From: Candidatus Saccharimonadota bacterium
GTDB taxonomy: Bacteria > Patescibacteriota > Saccharimonadia > Saccharimonadales > AWTP1-31
Direction of reading: 5' to 3'
Length of the DNA stretch: 64,000 nt
Assembly (NCBI GenBank): GCA_052034955.1
Contig: JBPOHZ010000016.1
Location: 41,273-105,272, forward strand
The position numbers were made by a program, and so were the translations under genes. Within the stretch, counting starts at the first letter, position 1; each line of letters starts with the position of its first letter. Below, one piece after another: positions 38,885-46,918 of this stretch. Under the pieces are notes generated by a model. It searched no databases and was not told where the DNA came from. It saw only the letters and a list, made by a program, of their open reading frames with translations.

Positions 38885-41824
38885 TTAAACCTTAGCCAGG
38901 CTAATGGTAAGCTCGTGGCCCTCTACCTTAACCGTCTCCTTATACTGGTAGCTTTCCTTGCCAGCAGTCATCTTGACGGTCAGCGTTTCAGTAGATATTT
39001 CTTTTTCAAAGACAGCAATCGCTCCGGAGACGTCTTTAACAGATGTATCTAGGTCCAGGTTAATCCTGTCATCGACGTCCAGACCTGCTTGTTTACGAGC
39101 ACTTTGGACCTGTCTAACGATCTCTCGCATCAGACCTTCTTGCCTTAATTCTGGAGTTAATTCAGTATCAAGATCTACCTTATAGACCTGTGGCAATCCA
39201 TTCTCCTGGATATTTTCTAGTACTGACTTATCGGCATCAATCTTGTGACTATCGAAAACAACCTGCTTTACATTGAGCTCTTCGGCAATTATTTCTAACA
39301 GATCTTGATCGAGGAAGTTATAGCCCTTCTGCAATGTCACTTTTGCCAGTGGCTGTCGGACTTTTATGCCCTTCTCGGCTCGAACTCCCAAACCAACCGT
39401 TATAAGCTGCCTGGCAATATGCATGTCTCGGATTACCAATTCGTTGATGTGTCCAACTTGCGGCCAGTCCAACAGGTGAACCGACTCACCGCCTGTAAGC
39501 TTGCGGTAGAGCTCTTCGGCCATGAATGGGGTGAATGGAGCTAAAACCAGCGAAAGTTGCGTCAGAACGTAGTGTAGAGTCCGATAAGCACTATCTTTGT
39601 CGCCATCGTCCCCGCTCTTCCAGAATCGGCGTCGACTTCGTCGAACATACCAGTTACTGGCGTCGTCTAGGAACGGTAATATCGGCTTGACTGCTCCCGA
39701 TAGGTCATAGGCTTCCATGTTTTTCTCGACTTCGGCCGTCAACTGGTGAACACGGCTAATGATCCAGCTATCCAGCGGGTTCTTGCACAGTTCTGTTGGG
39801 TCTTCGTGCTTCCCGTCCCACTCCCAGCCGTCTACCTCGGCATACATAGTAAAGAAGTCGTACATATTCCAAACCATAGATAACTTACGAGCTACGTCAC
39901 TTACATCTTTGTCGATAAGTGAGTAATCTTCACCACTCGACAGTGGGCTCTGTAATAGCAAGAAGCGAGCGCTATCGGCTGAATACTGATCCATCAACAA
40001 GTTTGGATCTGTATAGTTTCCGTAGCTTTTACTCATCTTGCGACCGTCATTCCCAGATAATGTTCCGGTAACGACCACGTTCTTAAAGGCGTTCTTTCCA
40101 AATAAACCAACGTTTACAGCGTGAACATAGTAGAACCATGCCCGAACTTGGCTGACATACTCAACAATGAAGTCACCTGGGAAGTTGGCTTCGAACTTCT
40201 CTTTGTTCTCGAATGGATAGTGGAACTGGGCGAATGGCATACTGCCACTCTCGAACCAACAGTCCATAACCTTATCTATTCGCTTGTAGTGAACTCCGTC
40301 GATATCGAATTCGATATCATCCACCCATGGACGGTGGTAATCTTCTAGCTCAACGCCACTAAGTTCTTTGAGTTCCGCATAACTTCCGACCACTTTGATC
40401 TGTTCCTTGCCATCCTTATCGGTACCCTTCCAAACTGGCATAGCAGTCGCCCAAAAGCGATCACGGCTTAGGTTCCAGTCCGGAGCGGTTTCGACAGTTT
40501 TCTGGAATCTTCCATGCTTAATGTGATCTGGAAACCAAGTTATATTTTCAGAGTTCTCGACCAACATTTGCTTCTTTTGACTTTGGATATCCATGAACCA
40601 GCTAGGGTGAGCCCGATACATGAGTCTTGTTCCGCATCGGTGGCAGTGCGGATAAGGGTGCTGGATGTAATCAATCTTCCAAACTACTCCACTAGCAAGA
40701 AGTTCTTTGGCGATTGTTTTGTTGATGTCCCAAACGTTTTCACCCTTCCAGTCTCCTTCGGTAAATATACCGCTTTCGTCCAAAGTGTGAACCACCGGAA
40801 TACCAGCTTCTTGGGCCAAGGCAAAGTCCTCTTCTCCATATGCCGGTGCAATATGAACAATTCCCGATCCGTCTTCGTCGCTAACATAATCAGCATGCCA
40901 GATTTGATGAGCTCCCTCACCTCGGTCGTCAAATAATGGCTCGTATTTCTTACCGACTAGCTCTTTACCCTTTAGAGTACGTAACTCTTTGTACTCTAAT
41001 GGTTGATGCTTTTCGTCAGTCATTACTTTTTCAACCAAAGCCTTAGCCAAGACTAATTTTTGGCCTTCAATTTCAATCTCCACATAATCCATATCATTAT
41101 GTACAGCTGTAGCGGTGTTTGCTGGCAATGTCCAAGATGTTGTAGTCCAGGCTAATAGTGAGTAATCCTCTCCAACAACCTTGAACTTCACATAAACACT
41201 AGGGTCAGTAACATCCTGGTAGGCTCCGGCATCCATGGTAACCTCGTTTTTACTGAGGGGAGTTGCGTCACGGGTACAGTACATTAGAACTCTTTCGCCT
41301 TCGTAAATTTTGCCCTTTTCGTACAGCTCTTTAAAGGCCCACCAAACAGACTCCATGAAATCTTTATCCATGGTTTTGTAGGCGCCCTTAAAATCTACCC
41401 AGCGACCAATTCGATCAATGGTATCTTCCCATTCACTTCCGGTTTGCACCATGTTTTCGCGGTTAGCTACTATGTAATCTTCCAGGCTGATCTTAGTGCC
41501 AATTTCGCGGCGATCGGTAATACCTAACTTCTTCTCGGTAAATGTTTCAGCTGGTAATCCGTGGCAATCCCATCCCCAACGTCGCTCAACTCGCTTGCCC
41601 TTCATCGTATGATAACGAGGCACAACGTCTTTAATAATAGAACTTAACAAAGTTCCAAAGTGAGGCGAACCTGTAATAAATGGAGGGCCGTCATAAAATA
41701 CATAGGCATTGTCTGCAGGTCGATTGCTGATAGACTTTTCGAATGTCTTATTCTTTTTCCAATACTCAACTAGGTCTTTTTCGTACTCTAGTGCTCGTCT
41801 TCGTGTGCCTGCCTTAAACTTCAT
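38885..41824 (-). CDS. ileS: Isoleucyl-tRNA synthetase, type 2 (eukaryote-like) architecture
   Basis: Trimmed to MKFKAGTRRR (TAGGAG RBS upstream); the 21 upstream codons of the track ORF lie over the leader terminator. FYDGPPFITGSPHFGTLL (HIGH region) and GRKMSKSYGN (KMSKS). Confidence 0.96.
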   Translation of the reverse strand: MKFKAGTRRRALEYEKDLVEYWKKNKTFEKSISNRPADNAYVFYDGPPFITGSPHFGTLLSSIIKDVVPRYHTMKGKRVERRWGWDCHGLPAETFTEKKLGITDRREIGTKISLEDYIVANRENMVQTGSEWEDTIDRIGRWVDFKGAYKTMDKDFMESVWWAFKELYEKGKIYEGERVLMYCTRDATPLSKNEVTMDAGAYQDVTDPSVYVKFKVVGEDYSLLAWTTTSWTLPANTATAVHNDMDYVEIEIEGQKLVLAKALVEKVMTDEKHQPLEYKELRTLKGKELVGKKYEPLFDDRGEGAHQIWHADYVSDEDGSGIVHIAPAYGEEDFALAQEAGIPVVHTLDESGIFTEGDWKGENVWDINKTIAKELLASGVVWKIDYIQHPYPHCHRCGTRLMYRAHPSWFMDIQSQKKQMLVENSENITWFPDHIKHGRFQKTVETAPDWNLSRDRFWATAMPVWKGTDKDGKEQIKVVGSYAELKELSGVELEDYHRPWVDDIEFDIDGVHYKRIDKVMDCWFESGSMPFAQFHYPFENKEKFEANFPGDFIVEYVSQVRAWFYYVHAVNVGLFGKNAFKNVVVTGTLSGNDGRKMSKSYGNYTDPNLLMDQYSADSARFLLLQSPLSSGEDYSLIDKDVSDVARKLSMVWNMYDFFTMYAEVDGWEWDGKHEDPTELCKNPLDSWIISRVHQLTAEVEKNMEAYDLSGAVKPILPFLDDASNWYVRRSRRRFWKSGDDGDKDSAYRTLHYVLTQLSLVLAPFTPFMAEELYRKLTGGESVHLLDWPQVGHINELVIRDMHIARQLITVGLGVRAEKGIKVRQPLAKVTLQKGYNFLDQDLLEIIAEELNVKQVVFDSHKIDADKSVLENIQENGLPQVYKVDLDTELTPELRQEGLMREIVRQVQSARKQAGLDVDDRINLDLDTSVKDVSGAIAVFEKEISTETLTVKMTAGKESYQYKETVKVEGHELTISLAKV

Positions 41825-42027
41825 TTTTTCTCCTAAAATAAAAATCACTTCTTTTGACTGCCAGATCCCGTATATGGGAGGTACCATCTGGCTTCCAAAA
41901 GAAGTGATTCTTTTAGCTCTTACTTGTCGCTATTACGGGCTGCCCGATTGGTTTTACTAAGCATTCGCTTTTCCTCCAACTGCTTCACGGTAGATAGCCG
42001 CTAATCTGTAACCAGAGTGCATTTGTA
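41825..42027 (-). promoter_or_regulatory. T-box riboswitch-like leader of ileS
   Basis: Minus strand reads GCCAGA-UGGUACC-UCCC-AUAUAC-GGGA-UCUGGC (41860-41892), which is helix / 7-nt UGGUACC bulge / helix / loop. It is enclosed by a 14-bp stem AAUCACUUCUUUUG / CAAAAGAAGUGAUU (41843-41856 with 41896-41909), followed by UUUUAUUUU and the SD. Upstream AGCG and GUGAAGC elements resemble Stem I motifs. Confidence 0.6.
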
Positions 42028-42033
42028 ATTTTT

Positions 42034-42062
42034 ACTATACTCCAACCCGGTCTTTTTCTCAA
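42034..42062 (-). promoter_or_regulatory. Promoter TTGAGA-17-TATAGT for the ileS leader
   Basis: Read directly on the minus strand. Confidence 0.5.
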
Positions 42063-42068
42063 GAGAGT

Positions 42069-42335
42069 CTATTTATCTTGAGTATAGTAAGAAACTTCGT
42101 TCATTAGTGGTAAAACTGGACCTTGCCACAATCGAAGCATTTTTCCTTCGTTATCCATGGCCAATATAGCTGGGTACTGAACGATATCGTGCCTGGCTGC
42201 CATGTCTGCCCCATCTCGAGATTCCAGGCTAATAAGCTCTATCTTACGGCCAGTTTGCCTCGAAAAATCACGGGCAAATGTCTCGATCATGGTCCCGTGG
42301 TCAGATTGAGGATGGTAAAGAATAACCGCTTTCAT
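42069..42335 (-). CDS. Hypothetical small protein (88 aa), possibly a thioredoxin-like fold without a CxxC motif
   Basis: The beta-alpha-beta style pattern MKAVILYHPQSDHG...KIELISL...YPAILAM... is only suggestive. There are no Cys residues. Confidence 0.45.
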   Translation of the reverse strand: MKAVILYHPQSDHGTMIETFARDFSRQTGRKIELISLESRDGADMAARHDIVQYPAILAMDNEGKMLRLWQGPVLPLMNEVSYYTQDK

Positions 42336-42342
42336 TACCTAA

Positions 42343-42351
42343 AGTTTACCA
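42343..42351 (-). promoter_or_regulatory. Extended -10 (TGGTAAACT), 7 nt upstream of the 88-aa ORF ATG (leaderless candidate)
   Basis: Minus strand reads TGG-TAAACT-ttaggta-ATG. Confidence 0.4.
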
Positions 42352-42359
42352 CAATGGTT

Positions 42360-43298
42360 TTAAGCGTTAAGGTAGAACTCCTCATCTGGAACGTAACCAA
42401 TTGGAAATCTAGCTTGATACTTAGTTCGATCTGCTGCCTCTTCGATACTCTTACCGTTAGATATAACTATTTCTCTTAATAACATTTCTTCTGCAGTCAA
42501 GACTATTGATGAGTTACCGCTTGCCACTCCCATATCAGATGTAACCTTTTTGTCCTCATAGATTCGAACATCGTATAGAAAGCCCGAGTCGTCACTTAGA
42601 TCATTTCGACTTACCTTCCAAATATCTGCATAAGGTACAACTTCTTGATTCCATACGTAAGCCAAAATCATATCAGCATCTTTGTAATATTCGTCATTCG
42701 CATCGATTATCGTATTTACATAAGATTCTAAAGAACCTTTAGCATCTCTTGGAAATGCTTTTTCTAGTTCACCATCGTCTTTTGCCGGGTACAGAACTAC
42801 TGGTTTAGAATTATAGATATATGAAATCGGTAAATACTGTTTTGTAAGAGTACTTCCATCGCCACTCAGCAACAATGAGTCACCCATCTGCCAGGTATTC
42901 ATAAATAATCTCCGCATCATGTTGGAGTACGATTTATCATTTAACTCCAAGTAAAATGGACCTGGGGTTAAACGATAAATTGCCACGATATCATCAAATA
43001 TAAGAATTTCACTTTCTATTGAAAAATTCTCTTTGGGGACATATTTTACTTCTAAGTTTTGCTCTGTGAGTTCTTTATTCTCAGTCCACGAAGCGAATTG
43101 TCTAAGGTTTGTAATCTGTTTAATCGGAGTTTTAAATTTAACAAACTCTTTACGAATTTTCTCCGCTGACTCTTTAGAGATTAAGTCATTTAAATTACCT
43201 AATTCAAAGATGTGATATTGTTTAGCTCGTGCGGATCGTAAGTTAACGTCAATAATCGCTTCAACTACTTCATCTCTATTATGCAGTGCCTGACTCAT
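42360..43298 (-). CDS. Hypothetical protein (312 aa)
   Basis: Uninterrupted ORF; no family recognised. Confidence 0.55.
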   Translation of the reverse strand: MSQALHNRDEVVEAIIDVNLRSARAKQYHIFELGNLNDLISKESAEKIRKEFVKFKTPIKQITNLRQFASWTENKELTEQNLEVKYVPKENFSIESEILIFDDIVAIYRLTPGPFYLELNDKSYSNMMRRLFMNTWQMGDSLLLSGDGSTLTKQYLPISYIYNSKPVVLYPAKDDGELEKAFPRDAKGSLESYVNTIIDANDEYYKDADMILAYVWNQEVVPYADIWKVSRNDLSDDSGFLYDVRIYEDKKVTSDMGVASGNSSIVLTAEEMLLREIVISNGKSIEEAADRTKYQARFPIGYVPDEEFYLNA

Positions 43299-43304
43299 AT
43301 CGCC

Positions 43305-43313
43305 AGTATAACA
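43305..43313 (-). promoter_or_regulatory. Extended -10 (TGTTATACT), 6 nt upstream of the 312-aa ORF ATG (leaderless candidate)
   Basis: Minus strand reads TGT-TATACT-ggcgat-ATG, immediately after the nrdJ terminator. Confidence 0.45.
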
Positions 43314-43315
43314 AA

Positions 43316-43345
43316 AACAGGGGTAAATTACCCCTGTTTTATGAG
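43316..43345 (-). terminator. Rho-independent terminator after nrdJ
   Basis: Minus strand reads AACAGGGGTAA-t-TTACCCCTGTT followed by TTTGTT. Confidence 0.75.
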
Positions 43346-43359
43346 CCTCGGGCTACAAA

Positions 43360-46137
43360 CTAGCTACAGCCAGTGGTGCTGCCGCAAGCGGTGCAAACGT
43401 AGCAGCTACCTGCTCGCTGGGTTTGATTACCGCAGCTATAGCATAGTGGGGCTGTGTCGTCGGCACTCTTCTTGACCGGCTTTAAGACCGAGTCGACACT
43501 TGGAGTAGAGGCTAGAACTGGTTGCTCAACAGCTTGTTTAGCCACCTGAACTGGTTCATTCTCGACCTGAAGCGCTTCTGTAGACTCGTCTAACAGACTT
43601 GTCTGCTCGTCGGGCATGTCATCTAGATCTGCTAGGCCTAGTTCTAGTCGATCATCAAAGCTTAGGTAGTCTAGAGCCAAGCGACGGATGATGTAGTCGG
43701 TGATCGAACTGGCTGTACGAATCTCTGCATCATCGGTGATACCGGCTGGCGCAAAGCTGGTACCGCGAAGTGTCTTAACGTAGCTTTTTAGTGGTACACC
43801 GTACTGCAAGCCATGGCTGACGCTAATAGCGAAAGAATCCATAAGCCCCGACAATGTCGATCCCTGCTTAGAAACATTAATGAATAGTTCACCAGGAGTT
43901 CCATCTTCGTATTCGCTGACCGTAAAGAATCCGCTTAGGTCGGCAATATGGAACTTGTAGGTACTACTATTTCGACGTTTTGGAAGCACTCGCTTAACAG
44001 CACCCTTAACAATGATCTTATCTTCGATTGTTTTTGTTGGAGAGTCTTCGCTTCCCTCTTTTTTAGCCATACTTAGTGGTTGACCAACCTTGCAGTTATC
44101 TCGGTAAACGGCTACTGCTTTAAGGCCCATCTCCCAGGCATCCATGTGTAGCTGTTCGATGTCTTCGACACTAGCATCTTCTGGCATGTTTACAGTCTTA
44201 CTAATGGCACCTGATAGGAATGGCTGGACAGCGGACATCATTTTGACGTGACCTAGGTAGTGAATCGAGTTATCGCCCATTGAGCAAGCAAAGACTGCTT
44301 TATGCTCATCTTTAAGATGAGGAGCGCCAATTATAGTCTTCTCGACATCGATGTAGGCCACAATTTCATCGGCCTGCTTCTTGGTGTAACCAAGAGCGTC
44401 CAATGCCCTAGGTACAGTTTGGTTAACTATGTGCATTGTTCCGCCGCCGACCAGTTTCTTAACTTTTACTAGACCGAGGTCTGGCTCGATACCGGTGGTA
44501 TCACAGTCCATCATAAGTCCAATGGTACCTGTAGGAGCAAGAACGCTAGCCTGAGCATTACGGATACCATAAAGCTGTCCGAGCTCTACGGCTTCGTCCC
44601 AAGCTGTTGCAGCGGCACTTAAAAGGTCTTCTGGGACTAGACTAGCATCGATCTGTGATACGGCCTCGCGGTGCATCTTTAGAACCTTGATCATTCCCTC
44701 TTGGTCCTTGTGATAACCAGCGAACGGTCCAACTCGGCGGGCAAGCTTGGCACTAGTTGCATAGCTATGACCGGTTAGGATCGCAGTTATAGCCGCTGCC
44801 TGAGCACGACCCTCATCGGAGTCATATGGCAGACCTTGAGCCATCAGAAGCGCACCAAGGTTGGCGTAGCCAATTCCTAGTTCGCGGTAAGCTTTAGCAT
44901 TCTTGGTAATATTTTCTGTTGGATACTCTGAATAACCAACAAGTATCTCCTGGGCTGTAAATATTAACTCAATAGTATGCTTGTAGGCCTCGATATCAAA
45001 ACTATGGTCGTCGTTAAGATACTTAAGTAAGTTAATACTTGCCAAGTTACAAGCAGAGTTATCAAGGTGCATGTACTCACTACAAGGGTTACTACCGTTG
45101 ATACGTCCAGCATTTGGCGTGGTATGCCATTCGTTAATGGTAGTGTCGAACTGCATGCCGGGATCAGCACACTCCCAAGCAGCTTCAGCAATCTGTCTGA
45201 ACAGCTCCCGTGCCTTAATAGTCTTAACGGTCTTACCATTTGTTACAGCTTTTAGATCCCAGTCTTTATCGGCCTTGACTGCTTCCATAAATTCATCTGT
45301 TACGCGAACTGAGTTGTTGGCATTTTGATATTGTACAGAGAAGATATCTTTCCCATCCAAGCTCATATCAAAGCCTGCGTCCTGCAAAGCATGAGCCTTG
45401 CGCTCTTCTATAGCTTTAGCCCAAATAAACTCTTCGACGTCTGGGTGATCAGCGTTTAGGATAACCATCTTGGCAGCTCGACGAGTCTTACCGCCGCTCT
45501 TAATAGCACCGGCCGAGGAGTCAGCACCGCGCATAAAGCTCATTGGACCCGAAGCCGTACCGGCGCTCTTGCCTAACGATTCAACAGACGAACGAATAGT
45601 ACTAAGGTTAAGTCCAGCACCAGAACCACCCTTAAAGATCATGCCCTCTTCTTTGTACCAGTTTAAGATGGATGGCATTGTGTCCTCTACAGCCAAGATG
45701 AAGCAAGCACTGGCTTGTTGTGAGCGTTCCGGTGCCCCAATGTTAAACCAAACTGGCGAGTTAAAGGCTGCTCGTTGGGAAGCCAGTACATACTTGAGCT
45801 CTTCTTTATAGTCTTCGGCTTCAGCGTCACTTTCGAAGTAACCTTCCTGAAGTCCCTGGCGAGTGACAGTATCGACAACTCGGTCAATAAGATCACGAAG
45901 TGAGGTTTCGCGTTCAGACGTTCCGGGTGTACCGGTAAAGTACTTTTGGGCAACAATATTAATAGCGTTTAGCGAAAAATTCTCTGGAAATTCAACATTT
46001 CTCTGTTCGAAAACGTTTATTCCAGTCGCTGGATTCGTAATAATTGAATCTGTCTTAACCCACTTTAGAGCGTCATAGCCCTTTGTGTTTGGCTCCGTAA
46101 AGAGGCGACGTTGCCCCAGGATTGTTGTTTGTCCCAT
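43360..46137 (-). CDS. nrdJ: Ribonucleoside-diphosphate/triphosphate reductase, class II (adenosylcobalamin-dependent) NrdJ
   Basis: Trimmed to MGQTTILGQ (GAGGGT RBS upstream). Active-site GSNPCSEYMHLDNSACNLASINL. C-terminal Cys-rich tail CYSCGNQTQRAGSCYVCTACGSTTGCS. Confidence 0.9.
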   Translation of the reverse strand: MGQTTILGQRRLFTEPNTKGYDALKWVKTDSIITNPATGINVFEQRNVEFPENFSLNAINIVAQKYFTGTPGTSERETSLRDLIDRVVDTVTRQGLQEGYFESDAEAEDYKEELKYVLASQRAAFNSPVWFNIGAPERSQQASACFILAVEDTMPSILNWYKEEGMIFKGGSGAGLNLSTIRSSVESLGKSAGTASGPMSFMRGADSSAGAIKSGGKTRRAAKMVILNADHPDVEEFIWAKAIEERKAHALQDAGFDMSLDGKDIFSVQYQNANNSVRVTDEFMEAVKADKDWDLKAVTNGKTVKTIKARELFRQIAEAAWECADPGMQFDTTINEWHTTPNAGRINGSNPCSEYMHLDNSACNLASINLLKYLNDDHSFDIEAYKHTIELIFTAQEILVGYSEYPTENITKNAKAYRELGIGYANLGALLMAQGLPYDSDEGRAQAAAITAILTGHSYATSAKLARRVGPFAGYHKDQEGMIKVLKMHREAVSQIDASLVPEDLLSAAATAWDEAVELGQLYGIRNAQASVLAPTGTIGLMMDCDTTGIEPDLGLVKVKKLVGGGTMHIVNQTVPRALDALGYTKKQADEIVAYIDVEKTIIGAPHLKDEHKAVFACSMGDNSIHYLGHVKMMSAVQPFLSGAISKTVNMPEDASVEDIEQLHMDAWEMGLKAVAVYRDNCKVGQPLSMAKKEGSEDSPTKTIEDKIIVKGAVKRVLPKRRNSSTYKFHIADLSGFFTVSEYEDGTPGELFINVSKQGSTLSGLMDSFAISVSHGLQYGVPLKSYVKTLRGTSFAPAGITDDAEIRTASSITDYIIRRLALDYLSFDDRLELGLADLDDMPDEQTSLLDESTEALQVENEPVQVAKQAVEQPVLASTPSVDSVLKPVKKSADDTAPLCYSCGNQTQRAGSCYVCTACGSTTGCS

Positions 46138-46303
46138 TTCTACCCTCACTGTTTAAATTGTTAGATTTTTGTTAGAGTTTGCACCCCAGGTGTCTCTCGC
46201 CTTACCCCTGGTTTAGTTCGCTCCCCAACAGCACACATCCCTGCGTAGGACTTTATTGTCCCACTAATAGGTACCGTGGGGGAGCCGTCAAATTTACAAT
46301 TGT

Positions 46304-46774
46304 TTATTTGACTTTGCTAGTTTTGAGACCACGTATTTGCGATAACTCTTTCTCAAAACCATCTATGTCGGTGAATCGTCGGTAAACACTTGCGAATCGT
46401 ACATATGCTACTTCGTCTAGCTTGGCTAAACGATCCATTACCATTTGTCCAACCTTTGAAGTTGCCACTTCGCCGTCGCCGCAGTTATATAGCTCGTCCT
46501 CTACTTGCGCAACTAGTCGATCAAGCTCGATGTTAGTTATAGAAGTCTTTTCGCATGCCCGATAAAGCCCTGCAAGTAACTTTTCACGGTTAAACATTTC
46601 TCGAACGCCACTATTCTTGATAACCACAAGTTGTGGTCTTTCAAGGCGCTCATATGTAGTAAAGCGATGCTCGCAATTCAGACACTCTCTTCTTCTTCTA
46701 ATGGCTTCGCCATCGGAAACGTCTCGAGATTCAATAACTTTTGTATCTGCTTTGTGGCATTGACTGCACTTCAT
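46304..46774 (-). CDS. nrdR: Transcriptional repressor NrdR (zinc ribbon + ATP-cone)
   Basis: MKCSQCHKADTKVIESRDV...CLNCEHRFTTYERLE. Confidence 0.93.
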   Translation of the reverse strand: MKCSQCHKADTKVIESRDVSDGEAIRRRRECLNCEHRFTTYERLERPQLVVIKNSGVREMFNREKLLAGLYRACEKTSITNIELDRLVAQVEDELYNCGDGEVATSKVGQMVMDRLAKLDEVAYVRFASVYRRFTDIDGFEKELSQIRGLKTSKVK

Positions 46775-46822
46775 CGTAATCTCCTTCTTTTCACCATCTA
46801 AAGTACCATATCGCTTACTACG

Positions 46823-46871
46823 TTACTACATATAGCGTATATGCTTATAAGCATAGCCCCATGTATGGTGT
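46823..46871 (-). promoter_or_regulatory. Candidate tandem NrdR boxes flanking a perfect 16-bp palindrome upstream of nrdR
   Basis: Minus-strand cores are CCATACATGG (46859-46868) and CTATATGTAG (46826-46835), with centres 33 bp apart. The second matches 9/10 to the CwAtATaTwG core as I recall it. TATGCTTATAAGCATA (46840-46855) lies between them. Confidence 0.35.
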
Positions 46872-46918
46872 TTTTACAAGGATAAAACGCTGTAATATTT
46901 ATCACGAGAGTAGCCAGT

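Noticed and set aside
41825-41887. A 21-codon N-terminal extension of the ileS ORF (MVPPIYGIWQSKEVIFILGEK).
   Set aside because: It overlaps the leader terminator hairpin and U-tract. The internal ATG at 41824 has a TAGGAG RBS and matches the usual IleRS N-terminus.
46138-46303. Whether the nrd spacer is a tRNA, an SRP (4.5S) RNA or a cobalamin riboswitch.
   Set aside because: The 7-bp GCUCCCC/GGGGAGC stem encloses only 51 nt and lacks T-loop/D-loop signatures, so it is not a tRNA. There is no GNRA-capped helix 8 with AGCA/GGAA loops, so it is not SRP RNA. There is only weak resemblance to B12-box elements, so I left it unassigned and listed it as a finding.
46179-46385. A 68-aa plus-strand ORF spanning the nrdR-nrdJ spacer.
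   Set aside because: It is antisense to both neighbours and overlaps the nrdR 3' end. It has no RBS and a Pro/Cys/Arg-rich nonsense-like sequence. The region is better explained as structured non-coding sequence.
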